Shown here piece by piece: positions 16,707 through 25,827 of a stretch of 64,000 nt of DNA. Within the stretch, counting starts at the first letter, position 1. Each line of letters begins with the position of its first letter. Below the pieces are notes generated by a model. The model did no database searches. It was given only the letters and a program-made list of their open reading frames with translations, and had not been told where the DNA came from. This stretch comes from Rubrobacter sp. GTDB lineage: Bacteria; Actinomycetota; Rubrobacteria; Rubrobacterales; Rubrobacteraceae. The stretch spans positions 1,190 through 65,189 of the forward strand of contig DATFPF010000123.1 in NCBI GenBank assembly GCA_035264945.1. The letters are read 5' to 3'. The translations under genes were made by a program, and so were the position numbers.

Positions 16707-17740
16707 TCCCCCGTAGGGCAGCCCTCCTACCGGCAACCCCCGTCCTCCTGGCCTCGCTCCTGTGCGTCCTGCTGGCGGCCGGGTGCGGCGGCCCGGCGGG
16801 CTCAGCTCCCGCGGGGATCACCTCGTTCGAGCCGCCCTCGGGGGTCTTGCAGGGCGGGGATCCGGCGCCCGCCTCCGTGCGCGTCGAGAACACGGGGGCG
16901 GACGCCACGACGCTCTGGGTGGGCTACAGCGTCAGGGACGACGCGGGCCGGTGGTACGACGCGCCGCCCAGGCCGGTCTTTCTCGAGCCCGGCGCGGAGT
17001 CTGAGACCCAAGAGCTGTCCGCTGGCCCGCTCGGGTCGGCCGGCAACTACGCGGCGAGGGCCTCCGTGTGGGACGGGCGTCCCGGCAGCGAAGGCGCCGA
17101 GAGGCTGGACGACGCCGAGCGGGCAGACGTCTTCTCCGTGGCCGAGGCCACCGACCTCTGGGGCCGGGACGACTTCGACGCTCTGGAGGCCGGGCGGTGG
17201 TACGCGACCGGCAGCAAGAAGCTCGGGCGCGGGCTCTTGAAGGAGGAGAACGTCGCCGTGGAGGACGGGGAGCTGCGGGTAAAGCTCCCCGCGGGCACGC
17301 TGGAGGGCGGCGAGATCGGCTCCCTGGACGCCTACGACTACGGCTCCTACGCCGCCAGCATAAAGGCGGCCCGCGCGCCGTCGTCCATCACCGGGTTCTT
17401 CCTCTACGCCCCGCCGGACTTCCACACCGAGATAGACGTGGAGATCTTCAACGACAGCAGCAGGCGGGTACTCTTCACCACCTACGCCGACGGGGAGCAG
17501 ACCAACACCGTAGAGAAGAAGCTGCCCTTCGACGCGACGGCCGACTTCCACGAGTACCGCATAGACCTCTACCCGACCAGGGCCGAGTTCTCGGTGGACG
17601 GTCGGACCGTGCACACCTTCGACGATGGGCTCCCGGGCGATTCCATGAAGCTTATGGTGAACGCCTGGTACCCAGACTGGCTTCCCGGCGAGGAACCGGA
17701 GCAGGATGGGTACACCCACGTGGACTGGATCCAGCGCTAA
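16703..17740 (+). CDS. Lipoprotein with GH16 glycoside hydrolase domain
   Basis: TTG overlaps upstream stop; lipobox LAAGC; EIDVE catalytic motif; DFHEYRID. Confidence 0.85.
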   Translation: MIPRRAALLPATPVLLASLLCVLLAAGCGGPAGSAPAGITSFEPPSGVLQGGDPAPASVRVENTGADATTLWVGYSVRDDAGRWYDAPPRPVFLEPGAESETQELSAGPLGSAGNYAARASVWDGRPGSEGAERLDDAERADVFSVAEATDLWGRDDFDALEAGRWYATGSKKLGRGLLKEENVAVEDGELRVKLPAGTLEGGEIGSLDAYDYGSYAASIKAARAPSSITGFFLYAPPDFHTEIDVEIFNDSSRRVLFTTYADGEQTNTVEKKLPFDATADFHEYRIDLYPTRAEFSVDGRTVHTFDDGLPGDSMKLMVNAWYPDWLPGEEPEQDGYTHVDWIQR

Positions 17741-17825
17741 CCCTCCCGCCGAACCTAACGGCTCCCCGTGCCTCGCACGTAGATCCTGACGATTGGGCCG
17801 CCTCGCCCGCCACAGCTTTTGGGAG

Positions 17826-18023
17826 CTACTTCTCCACCCAGTTTCCGTTCTCGTTCTTCTCGTACTTCTGCTCGACGGCGCCCCAGGCCACGCGGTGGGC
17901 GCGGCCCTCCTCGCCGTACCGCTCCTCGGCGGAGTTGAAGGCCTCCTTGTAGATCTCCTGGGCGTGCTTGGGCAGGTTGTCCTTTACGTTGTCCGGCAGC
18001 TGGGTGATCATCTTGTAGGGCAC
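17826..18023 (-). CDS. chaB: ChaB family protein
   Basis: PYK..QLP..VK..LPKHAQEIYKEAFNSA...AHRVAWGAV; GGAGG upstream of GTG. Confidence 0.88.
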   Translation of the reverse strand: MPYKMITQLPDNVKDNLPKHAQEIYKEAFNSAEERYGEEGRAHRVAWGAVEQKYEKNENGNWVEK

Positions 18024-18098
18024 CCCGTCCTCCTTACGTTCGCCTGGCCCTTTTGTTACCCAAACGGACGGCAAACAATCGTCGCCGGCCGGGGAGGC

Positions 18099-19037
18099 TC
18101 AGGCGAAGTGGTCCCAGCCGGAGAGGTCTTCCACCATCTCCCCGTCGTGCCGGAAGACCACCTCCCCCCACCCCGTCACCTCCCCCACTACCGTCACGGG
18201 CACCCCGGCGGCCTCGACGAGGTCCCCTAGGACCCGTTCGGGGGCGGAGACGAGGAGCTCGTAGTCCTCCCCGCCGGTCGCGGCGAGCACCGCGGGGTCG
18301 CAGCCGAGGTCCGCCGTGAGCCCTCGCGTATCTTCGGACACGGGGAGCTTGTCGAGGTCCACCACGCAGCCGACCCCGCTCGTCTCGCAGACGCGACGCA
18401 CGTCGGAGGCGAGGCCGTCGGAGAGGTCGATCATGGCCCCCACCCCGAGCCGGGCCGCCGCCCGTCCGGCCTCCACCCTGGGCCGGGGCCGCAGGTGCCT
18501 ACCCTTCAGCCGCTCGAAACCGTCGATGCCCCCCTTGAGCGCCAGAAGCCCCGCCGCGGACGCGCCGAGATCCCCCGTCACGGCCAGCAGGTGCCCAGGC
18601 CTCGCCCCCGAGCGCAGGACCGGCCCCGTCGCGAGCTCGCCAAGGATGGCGACGTCCACCGTGAGGGCGTCGGCGCCGGTCGTGTCGCCGCCCAGCGGGT
18701 AGACGCCGAACTCGCGGCAGGCCTCGGCCACCCCGCCGAAGACGCCGAGGGCCGTCTCCGGGTCGGGCGCCGCCCCCGAGACCAGCACGAACCGCGGGGT
18801 CCCGCCCATCGCGGCCACGTCCGAGGCGTTGACGGCCACAGCCTTGTAGCCCACGTCCTCGGGCGCAGCCCAGGAAGCCTCGAAGTGGCGCCCCTCGACA
18901 AGCATGTCCGAGGCCGCGACCCATGCCTTGCCCCCCAGCATCACCACGGCGCAGTCATCGCCGATGGGCACGACCACCTCCTCCGGCGCGGGTGGCAGCA
19001 GGCCGGAGAGGCGCCGGACGACGTCGAGCTCGTTCAA
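18099..19037 (-). CDS. thiL: Thiamine-monophosphate kinase
   Basis: IGDDCA, DMLVEGRHF, NASDVAAMGG, GGDT, DLSDGL, GGEDYELL, GWDHF. Confidence 0.95.
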   Translation of the reverse strand: MNELDVVRRLSGLLPPAPEEVVVPIGDDCAVVMLGGKAWVAASDMLVEGRHFEASWAAPEDVGYKAVAVNASDVAAMGGTPRFVLVSGAAPDPETALGVFGGVAEACREFGVYPLGGDTTGADALTVDVAILGELATGPVLRSGARPGHLLAVTGDLGASAAGLLALKGGIDGFERLKGRHLRPRPRVEAGRAAARLGVGAMIDLSDGLASDVRRVCETSGVGCVVDLDKLPVSEDTRGLTADLGCDPAVLAATGGEDYELLVSAPERVLGDLVEAAGVPVTVVGEVTGWGEVVFRHDGEMVEDLSGWDHFA

Positions 19038-19122
19038 GAGTCCCCGCGCCGGAAGAGCCGGCGGGGATCGAGGTAAGCCCGGTATAGCGGGGTCCGGCCC
19101 CGGGGGTTACCCTGCGCCCCGT

Positions 19123-20079
19123 TCAACTCCCTATGGCCCGGATCCTGGCCCACAACCGGTCCGAGTCTTCTGGCGTGTACCAGGTGCGGAGGCCGCGCCA
19201 CTCCTCCTCCGTCGCCCACAGGTGGTCGTCGTGGGCGGACCCCTCCAGCCGGACCTCGCCCCCGACGTACCGCGCGAGAAAGCCAACCCCCGCGTACAGC
19301 TCCGGGTCGTCGGGGGCCTTCCACGGCTCGACCCGCGTCCACCACGGCCGCAGGGGGACATCTTCTATCTCCAAGCCCGTCTCCTCCCCCGCCTCGCGCC
19401 GGGCGCAGGCCTCGAAATCCTCGCCTGGCTCGAGGATCCCGCCCGGGTTCTCCCACAGCCCCGCGGGCGGTTTCCTGCGCCGCATCAGGAGCGCGCGCGG
19501 CTCGGTGCCTTGCAGGTCGGCGATCACCACGCCGGCCCCCAGGATGGCGTTGGCAACGGCGTCGACGTTCCCGCCGGCGGGCGGGGCGGGCCTGCGCGGC
19601 GGGACCTCACCGAGCGCCCCCACGGGACCGGCCACGCGGCGGATGTTCTCGGGTGCCCACCAGCTCGGCAGCCCGAGCCACTCGTCGATGGTGACCCACC
19701 GGTGGTCGAGGTGCTCGTGGGAGATCCTCACCTCATCCTCGGCGGTCCTGCCCACGAAGGTCACGGCTGCCAGCGGGCGCCCGCTCGGGGCCTCACCCAC
19801 CCAGGTCGCGAGGATCTCCTGCGGGGCGACGAGCATCCCCGTCTCCTCGTAGAGCTCCCGCACCGCGCCCTCCTCGAAGCCCTCGCCCAGGCTCAACCGT
19901 CCGGCCGGCGGCTCCCACGTGCCCGAGGGCCGCTGGAGAAGGAGCATCCGCCCGTCGTCCCGGACGGGCAGGATGCCAGCGACGAGGTCTGCCCTCACGA
20001 CGGAGAGGTTTTCGAAGGCTTCGGCACCGGACGAGTATAGCTTTCGGTGAGGTTCTAGGACCAATACCTTGAGCCTCAT
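19123..20079 (-). CDS. Tandem two-domain Nudix hydrolase
   Basis: Two Nudix boxes: GRLSLGEGFEEGAVRELYEETG and GILEPGEDFEACARREAGEETG. Confidence 0.88.
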   Translation of the reverse strand: MRLKVLVLEPHRKLYSSGAEAFENLSVVRADLVAGILPVRDDGRMLLLQRPSGTWEPPAGRLSLGEGFEEGAVRELYEETGMLVAPQEILATWVGEAPSGRPLAAVTFVGRTAEDEVRISHEHLDHRWVTIDEWLGLPSWWAPENIRRVAGPVGALGEVPPRRPAPPAGGNVDAVANAILGAGVVIADLQGTEPRALLMRRRKPPAGLWENPGGILEPGEDFEACARREAGEETGLEIEDVPLRPWWTRVEPWKAPDDPELYAGVGFLARYVGGEVRLEGSAHDDHLWATEEEWRGLRTWYTPEDSDRLWARIRAIGS

Positions 20080-20082
20080 AAC

Positions 20083-20697
20083 CTAGATCTCAAGTCTTCT
20101 GCGCAGTTCGCGGGCTGCGGCGCCCGGGTCTTCGGCGTCGAGGACGGCACGGACGACGGCGAAGCCCGGGGCGCCTGCGGCGGCGACGGATGTTGCGGTT
20201 TCGAGGGTTACGCCGCCGATGGCGAACCACGGGACGGGAAGGCCTTCGCGGGCGAGGGCCCGGATCAGGGCCAGCCCGGCCACCCCGCCATCAGGCTTTG
20301 TCGGCGTGGCGAAGACGGCCCCGACCCCGAGGTAATCCGCGCCCCCGCGAACCGCCTCCAGCGCCTCCGCCACACCCCCGGCGGAGCGACCGACCAGCAC
20401 GTCCGGGCCGAGGACGCCACGGGCGTGCGGCGTGGTGGCGTCGTCCTCGCCGAGGTGAACGCCGTCAGCCCCGACGAGGCGGGCTAGCTCCACGTCGTCG
20501 TTGACGGTGAACCGGGCGCCGGCGCGGGCGCACGCCCCCTTCAGTTCCTCGGCGAGCGGTATCAGCTCATCCCTCGGGGAATCCTTGTCCCGCAGTTGGA
20601 CGATATCGACCCCGCCACGTACGGCGGCCTCCACGCGTTCGACGAGGTCGGGGCGCGGGTCGGTGACCAGAAGGAGCCTTGCGCCTTCGATCTTCAC
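20083..20697 (-). CDS. thiE: Thiamine-phosphate synthase
   Basis: VQLRDK, VNDD, GVHLG, ADYLGVG, TPTK, AIGG. Confidence 0.95.
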   Translation of the reverse strand: MKIEGARLLLVTDPRPDLVERVEAAVRGGVDIVQLRDKDSPRDELIPLAEELKGACARAGARFTVNDDVELARLVGADGVHLGEDDATTPHARGVLGPDVLVGRSAGGVAEALEAVRGGADYLGVGAVFATPTKPDGGVAGLALIRALAREGLPVPWFAIGGVTLETATSVAAAGAPGFAVVRAVLDAEDPGAAARELRRRLEI

Positions 20698-21530
20698 GAT
20701 TCCAGCCTCCTCGGGGGCCAGGCGAGCACGTCGAGTCGCTCCGAGAAGTGCAGGAGCGGCGGCGTGTCCGGCAGGGCGACCCCGATCTGCCCGGTCATCC
20801 GGAGCGTATGGACCTCGGCCTCAGCCGGGCGCAGCGGCCAGAGCTGGTGGTGGATCTCCCCCCGCCGGACGTTGCCCCTGCCGTCCGCGGCGTAGAGGCA
20901 GTAGCGCTCCGTCAGGAACCTCTCAAGCGACCCGGGCGAACTCTCGAACGGCGCGCCGGCCGGCCGGTAGCGCCCCGCGAACTCGGCCTTCGGGGCGCCG
21001 CGGTGGGTCCGGACGCTGCGGTAGTGGATCTCCTCGCCCTCCCCCCGGCAGGACATCCTGGCGTCGAAGTAGGGCAGGTGGAAGGTGGCCCGCGCTAGAC
21101 GTACGGCCGCGGGGTTGTGCGCGTCGAGGGAGAAGAACCAGATGCCGGGCCTCCCGCCGGCGCTCACGTACGTGCGGAGGTTCAGCTCGGGAAAATCGGA
21201 GAGGCCCGGCACGGCCGGCAAAAACCGGGGCCTCACGCCGCTCATGCGGAACGGGACGACGCCTAGCCACGCCTCGCCTTCGAAGGTGTCGAGGTTCAGC
21301 GCGGGCGGCACGAGCGGGCGCAACTCGTCCGCGGGTACGGGCCAGTGCATGAAGAGCAGGTCGTGCCAACTCATGCTCAGGGCCCAGGGACCGGCGGGCG
21401 CCGGGTAAGCGCGGTGGTTCGAGTTCCTCAAGATCTCCCGCGCCCCCGGCGTTCGGCTCATGCCCAGAAGATACGCCTTTGCCGCGGGTCTTTCAGTGAA
21501 AGGCGACCCCGGGTTCCGCGCCAAGCTCAT
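20694..21530 (-). CDS. YqjF/DUF2071 family protein
   Basis: WHDLLFMHWP, FPELNLRTYV, GIWFFSLDA, FLTERYCLY; ATGA overlap with thiW stop (alternative start 21461). Confidence 0.85.
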   Translation of the reverse strand: MSLARNPGSPFTERPAAKAYLLGMSRTPGAREILRNSNHRAYPAPAGPWALSMSWHDLLFMHWPVPADELRPLVPPALNLDTFEGEAWLGVVPFRMSGVRPRFLPAVPGLSDFPELNLRTYVSAGGRPGIWFFSLDAHNPAAVRLARATFHLPYFDARMSCRGEGEEIHYRSVRTHRGAPKAEFAGRYRPAGAPFESSPGSLERFLTERYCLYAADGRGNVRRGEIHHQLWPLRPAEAEVHTLRMTGQIGVALPDTPPLLHFSERLDVLAWPPRRLES

Positions 21531-22033
21531 CCGACCTGCCCGGACCTTCTCAGGGCTTTCAGGACCACGTACCCGATAACGGCGCCGGGGATGCTGGAGA
21601 GGGCGAAGGCGGCCATCAGGGCGATCAGGCCGCCGCCCGCCGCCCCGAGGAGCGGTGAGATCAAGACCGCCCCGAGCGTAGCCCCGAGGAGCACGGTGCC
21701 GACCGGCTCGAACAGCGCGGCCTCGTCCCTGCGCAGGAACCGGTGGGCGAGGCCGACCGCGAGCGCCCCGAAGGGGCTCCCAGGGAAGGCGAACACGCTT
21801 CCCGTGCCCAGGGAGAACCTCAGGGTCGCGGTGACGAGCGCCGATCCGGCGGCCCACCACGGCCCTAGCAGGACCCCGGCGACCGCGTTGATGGCGTGCT
21901 GGAAGGGGAAGACGCGCGCGGCGCCGACGGGCACGGCAAAGGAGGAGAGCAGGACGCCCAGCCCCGCGAAGAGCGCGGCGAGCACGAGCCTGCGCGTGGC
22001 GCCGTCGGCGCCACCGCCGGGCGCGCTACGCAA
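21527..22033 (-). CDS. thiW: ECF thiamine-precursor transporter S component
   Basis: FPFQHAINAVAGVLLGPW, GTGSVFAFPGS, EPVGT. Confidence 0.88.
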   Translation of the reverse strand: MRSAPGGGADGATRRLVLAALFAGLGVLLSSFAVPVGAARVFPFQHAINAVAGVLLGPWWAAGSALVTATLRFSLGTGSVFAFPGSPFGALAVGLAHRFLRRDEAALFEPVGTVLLGATLGAVLISPLLGAAGGGLIALMAAFALSSIPGAVIGYVVLKALRRSGQVG

Positions 22034-22826
22034 GCGGCAGCTCCTCCACCGCGAGGCGCCCGTCGAGGCCGCCTGGTTCGGCGGCGAGGGAGGCCAGGGC
22101 GTCGAGCAGGCGGGGCTCGAAGGTGCCGGGGCCCTCTGCCGCCCCCGCGGCGGCCTCCCCCGCCCGCCCGAAGTATGCAAGGGCCCCGGACACCGTCTCG
22201 GCGCCCCCGCCGGAGACGGCGGCGAAGCACCCGACGACGGCCGTGGAGGCGCAGCCGCTCCCGACGATTCGCCCCATCATGGGGTCGCCGTTCTTGACGG
22301 CGAAGAGGCGCTCCCCGTCGCACACGTAATCGACCTCGCCGGTCGCGGCCACGGTAGTGCCGAGTCGGCGGGCGGCCTTCTCGACGGCATCCCTGGCATC
22401 GCCGCCGATGCTCTCCACGCCGCGCACCTCGGCGGCGAGCCCGGCTAGCGTCGAGATCTCGCCGGCGTTCCCGCACACGGCGGCGAAGCTTATCTCCGAG
22501 AGGAGCCTCTCGGGCGTCTCTGTTCGGAAGCGGGTGGCCCCCGCGCCGACGGGGTCGAGGACCACAGGGATGCCGCGACGGTTTGCCTCCTTGCCGGCCA
22601 GGATCATGGCCTCAACCCAGGCCCCGTCCAGCGTCCCCATGTTTATGACGAGCGCGGAGGCCGTCGCCGCCATCTCCTCCACCTCCTCGACGGCGTTCGC
22701 CATCACCGGCAGGGCCCCCGTGGAGAGCGTCGCGTTGGCGACGAGGTTGACGGTGACGTAGTTGGTAAGGTGGTGGACGAGCGGCCGGCCCTCCCCGAGC
22801 CGGCGCAACACCCCAGAAACGTTCAT
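22026..22826 (-). CDS. thiM: Hydroxyethylthiazole kinase
   Basis: PLVHHLTNYV, INMGT, LDPVGAGAT, GNAGEI, GSGC. Confidence 0.95.
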   Translation of the reverse strand: MNVSGVLRRLGEGRPLVHHLTNYVTVNLVANATLSTGALPVMANAVEEVEEMAATASALVINMGTLDGAWVEAMILAGKEANRRGIPVVLDPVGAGATRFRTETPERLLSEISFAAVCGNAGEISTLAGLAAEVRGVESIGGDARDAVEKAARRLGTTVAATGEVDYVCDGERLFAVKNGDPMMGRIVGSGCASTAVVGCFAAVSGGGAETVSGALAYFGRAGEAAAGAAEGPGTFEPRLLDALASLAAEPGGLDGRLAVEELPLA

Positions 22827-23617
22827 CTTTCCGCTCCTCTCAGAAGACCGCCGAGCGCGTGGACCGGGCCGGCGCCGGCGCCGATCTCCCCTAGCCCGTA
22901 CCTGACCGCCTCGGAGGCCACGGCCCGGGCCCGCCGGGCTGCCTCCGGCAGATCCAGGCCCCGCGCCAGGTAGCTCGCGAGCGCCGAAGAGTGCGTGCAT
23001 CCGGACCCGTGGGTGTTTCCCGAAGCGTGCACGGGTCCCTCTATCCTCTCGAACCTTCGGCCGTCGTAGAGGAGGTCCGCGCCGGAAGAGGTGTGCCCGC
23101 CGGTGACGAGCACGGCCTCGGGACCCAACTCGTGGAGCGCAGCCGCGGCTTCCTCGATCCTCCCCTCTTCCACGGGCTCGCCGAGGATCGCGAACGCCTC
23201 GTTCGCGTTCGGCGTCAGGACCCTGGCGAGCGGGAAGAGCTCGCCCCTGTACGTCCCCACGGCCGCGGGCTCAAGCAGGGTCGCCCCGCTCTCGGCGACC
23301 ATGACGGGGTCGACGACGAGGTTCGGAAGCCCGAGGCGCCGCACCGCCCCTGCCACGGCCGAGATGATGCCGGCGTTGAACAGCATCCCGGTCTTCACGG
23401 CGTCCGCCCCTATGTCCCCGGCGACGGCCTCCTTCTGCTCTACCGCGACCTCAGGCGGGAACGGGAATATGTCCGTCACGCCCACGGTGTTCTGGGCCGT
23501 CGTCGCGACGACGGCCGTCGTCCCGTAGACGCCGCAACGCAAGAACGCCTTGAGATCCGCCTGGATCCCGGCCCCAGCCCCCGAATCGCTCGTCGCCACG
23601 CTCATAACCCGCTTCAA
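22823..23617 (-). CDS. thiD: HMP/HMP-P kinase
   Basis: SDSGAGAGIQADLK, KTGML, VVDPVMV, TPN, NTHGSGCT. Confidence 0.95.
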   Translation of the reverse strand: MKRVMSVATSDSGAGAGIQADLKAFLRCGVYGTTAVVATTAQNTVGVTDIFPFPPEVAVEQKEAVAGDIGADAVKTGMLFNAGIISAVAGAVRRLGLPNLVVDPVMVAESGATLLEPAAVGTYRGELFPLARVLTPNANEAFAILGEPVEEGRIEEAAAALHELGPEAVLVTGGHTSSGADLLYDGRRFERIEGPVHASGNTHGSGCTHSSALASYLARGLDLPEAARRARAVASEAVRYGLGEIGAGAGPVHALGGLLRGAER

Positions 23618-23637
23618 AGTTCCTCCAAAGACAGACC

Positions 23638-23675
23638 CCTGATACCTGTAACCTGATACCTGTAACCTGATGCCT
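23638..23675. repeat. Heptamer tandem repeat (CCTGATA/CCTGTAA)
   Basis: cctgata-cctgtaa-cctgata-cctgtaa-cctgatg between SDR and thiD. Confidence 0.8.
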
Positions 23676-24443
23676 CTAAGCCATCACAAGCCCGCCGTCG
23701 CAGGTGATGTACTGGCCGGTGACGAAGTCCGACCAGGGCGAGGCGAACATGAGGACGGCCCGCGCCAGGTCCTCCGGGGTGCCGAGGCGGCGCAGGGGCG
23801 TGGAGCCGGCGACGAGGCGGCGGACCTCTTCGGTGGTGGGCGCGCTCGCGTCCGTCTCGTCTATGAGGCCGCCTGCGACCATGTTGACCGTTATGTTGTG
23901 CGGTCCGAGCTCGGCGGCGAGGTTGCGGGAGAAGCCAAGGAGGGCGCTCTTGGCTGTCGTGTAGTCGTGGTACGGGACGACGGGGTTGTTGATGAGGTTG
24001 GAGAGGATGCTCAGGATCCTACCGCCGCCCCCCTCCACCATCCCCGGTACCACGGCCTGCGAGCAGTGCATAGCACCCTTGAGCCCCCCGAGCTGCTGCA
24101 GGTAATCCCCCCACCCGACGCTCCCGAAGTCCTTGCGCCCGATGGGGTCGAACCTGTACTCGGGGAGCGCGTTGTTGACGAGCACGTCCACGGGCCCGAG
24201 CTCCCCGGCCGCCCTCTCGACCATCCCCCAGACCGCCGCCCCGTCGGTAACGTCAGCCCTATGGGCGAAGGCCCTGCCGCCGCGTTTGCGGATACCGCTG
24301 GCGACCCCTTCGGCCAGCTCTTCGCTCTTCAGGTAGTTGACGATCACGGCCGCGCCCTCGTCGGCCAGCGCGTTGGCGATGGCGGCCCCGACCCCGCGGC
24401 TGGCGCCGGTGACGAGCGCCACCTTCCCTGCAAGAACGCTCAA
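23676..24443 (-). CDS. SDR oxidoreductase (3-oxoacyl-ACP reductase-like, OarX-like)
   Basis: TGASRGVG, VNNA, YTTAK; located inside the thiamine operon. Confidence 0.88.
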   Translation of the reverse strand: MSVLAGKVALVTGASRGVGAAIANALADEGAAVIVNYLKSEELAEGVASGIRKRGGRAFAHRADVTDGAAVWGMVERAAGELGPVDVLVNNALPEYRFDPIGRKDFGSVGWGDYLQQLGGLKGAMHCSQAVVPGMVEGGGGRILSILSNLINNPVVPYHDYTTAKSALLGFSRNLAAELGPHNITVNMVAGGLIDETDASAPTTEEVRRLVAGSTPLRRLGTPEDLARAVLMFASPWSDFVTGQYITCDGGLVMA

Positions 24444-25123
24444 ACCGTCCCCCCTCCCCCGCCCGGCTCTGTCCGGGCCTCGTCCCGCTCGGTCTCGTGG
24501 ATCACGAACAAAGCGCCCCCCTTCACGGCCACCATGGCCTCCTCCCCTAGCAACTCGTTGTGGAACCCCACGGTGTCGCCCGCCTCGATCCTCGCCCCCG
24601 CGAGCGGGTACTCGAAACCCTCAAGGTCCACCCCCTCGGCCACGCCGGAGACCGGGAAGACGGAGAGGCTCTCGCCCGGCCTGCCCTCAACGACCCGGGA
24701 GCCGTCCTCCACCACGAACATCTCCCCCCACCCGGCGACGGCTGTAGCCCGAACGCCCAGCCGCTCCGCCGCCAGCAGCAGGTGCGGTATGGCGAAGACG
24801 GCGTCGGGTCGACCGCCCGTAGCGCAGAGAAGGTCGAGGTCGGTAGCACCCCTCTCGCGGGCCGCGAGGACGGCCAGGTGCCCGTCCATCTTGTCCTTTC
24901 TGGCCGGGTGGCGCTCCATGAGGACCCCCCGGTCCTCGACCCGTCGCGTCCCCCCGTCCCCGAGCGAGTCCATGTCGCCGACGACGAGGTCGGGGACGAC
25001 GCCGGCCGCCAGCGCGTGCAGGGCCCCACCGTCGGCGGCGAGCACGAGGTCGGCCCGCCTGGCGACGCGGCGCAGCAGGCCCGGCGGGTCCGCGGACCCG
25101 TTCAGGAAGACGGCGGCCCGCAA
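24440..25123 (-). CDS. thiN: Thiamine pyrophosphokinase
   Basis: AADGG, VGDMDS, KDKMD, GGRPD, LEGFEYPL. Confidence 0.88.
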   Translation of the reverse strand: MRAAVFLNGSADPPGLLRRVARRADLVLAADGGALHALAAGVVPDLVVGDMDSLGDGGTRRVEDRGVLMERHPARKDKMDGHLAVLAARERGATDLDLLCATGGRPDAVFAIPHLLLAAERLGVRATAVAGWGEMFVVEDGSRVVEGRPGESLSVFPVSGVAEGVDLEGFEYPLAGARIEAGDTVGFHNELLGEEAMVAVKGGALFVIHETERDEARTEPGGGGGTV

Positions 25124-25124
25124 G

Positions 25125-25682
25125 CTAGTGCGCCGTGGAGCGCCGGTACCGGACCTGGCGCGGCGACGGCTGCGACCCCTCCAGCGCCCGCAACAGCACC
25201 ACCACGACCACGAGGGCTATGGCGAGGCTGGGAACCAGGTACGCCGCGTTGTACGCGGCCGAGTAGGCGTAGGGGTTCCAGCCCTCAGGCGCGTAGGAGG
25301 CGAAGAAGACCACGCCCGAGACGAAGTGGCAGGCGAAGCGGGCCAGGACGGCGACCGTCGCCCCGACGACGGCCCCCCGCACGGTCGGCCTGAAAAAGCC
25401 GGCGAGCCCGAGGGCGCCGAAGGCAAGCGGGTAGTCGAAGAGGACCTGCACCGGGTGATAGACCTGCGGGTCCGTGGCCAGGTTCAGCAGGCTGTAGACC
25501 ACGCCCGAGACCACCCCGACCCAAGGCCCCTGGCGCAGGGCCAGCAGGATCAGGGGCACCATCTCAAGGGATATGGAGCCCCCGTAGGGCATCTTGAAGA
25601 CCTTGACCAGGCCCAAAACGAACGCGAGCGCGATGGCGAGCGCCGCCTCGGTCAAGACCCTCGTGTCCCTGAAAGCGTTCAA
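25125..25682 (-). CDS. thiT: ECF thiamine transporter S component
   Basis: MPYGGSIS, HPVQVLFDYP, HFVSGVVFF, YAPEG, YN; directly downstream of TPP riboswitch. Confidence 0.92.
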   Translation of the reverse strand: MNAFRDTRVLTEAALAIALAFVLGLVKVFKMPYGGSISLEMVPLILLALRQGPWVGVVSGVVYSLLNLATDPQVYHPVQVLFDYPLAFGALGLAGFFRPTVRGAVVGATVAVLARFACHFVSGVVFFASYAPEGWNPYAYSAAYNAAYLVPSLAIALVVVVVLLRALEGSQPSPRQVRYRRSTAH

Positions 25683-25729
25683 AAGCGCACCCTCCTAAGG
25701 ATAAGCGGGGATGCGCCGACGAGACTCTC

Positions 25730-25827
25730 TTATCTCCCTGCGCCGGCATTACCCGGATCAGGTTCAGCGGGTCGGCTCCGGAACTTTCGGTCCTTCTGCC
25801 CTCTCAGCCTCGCGGCTCCCCGGTTGT
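25730..25827 (-). ncRNA. TPP riboswitch
   Basis: Minus strand reads GGGGAGCC...GGCTGAGA...GACCC..GAACCTGATCCGGGTAATGCCGGCGCAGGGA, the TPP consensus. Confidence 0.95.

Noticed and set aside
18040-18085. SigB/SigF-like GTTT...GGGTAA promoter candidates upstream of chaB, STAS and the 44432 hydrolase
   Set aside because: Spacing inconsistent between sites; not supportable by eye
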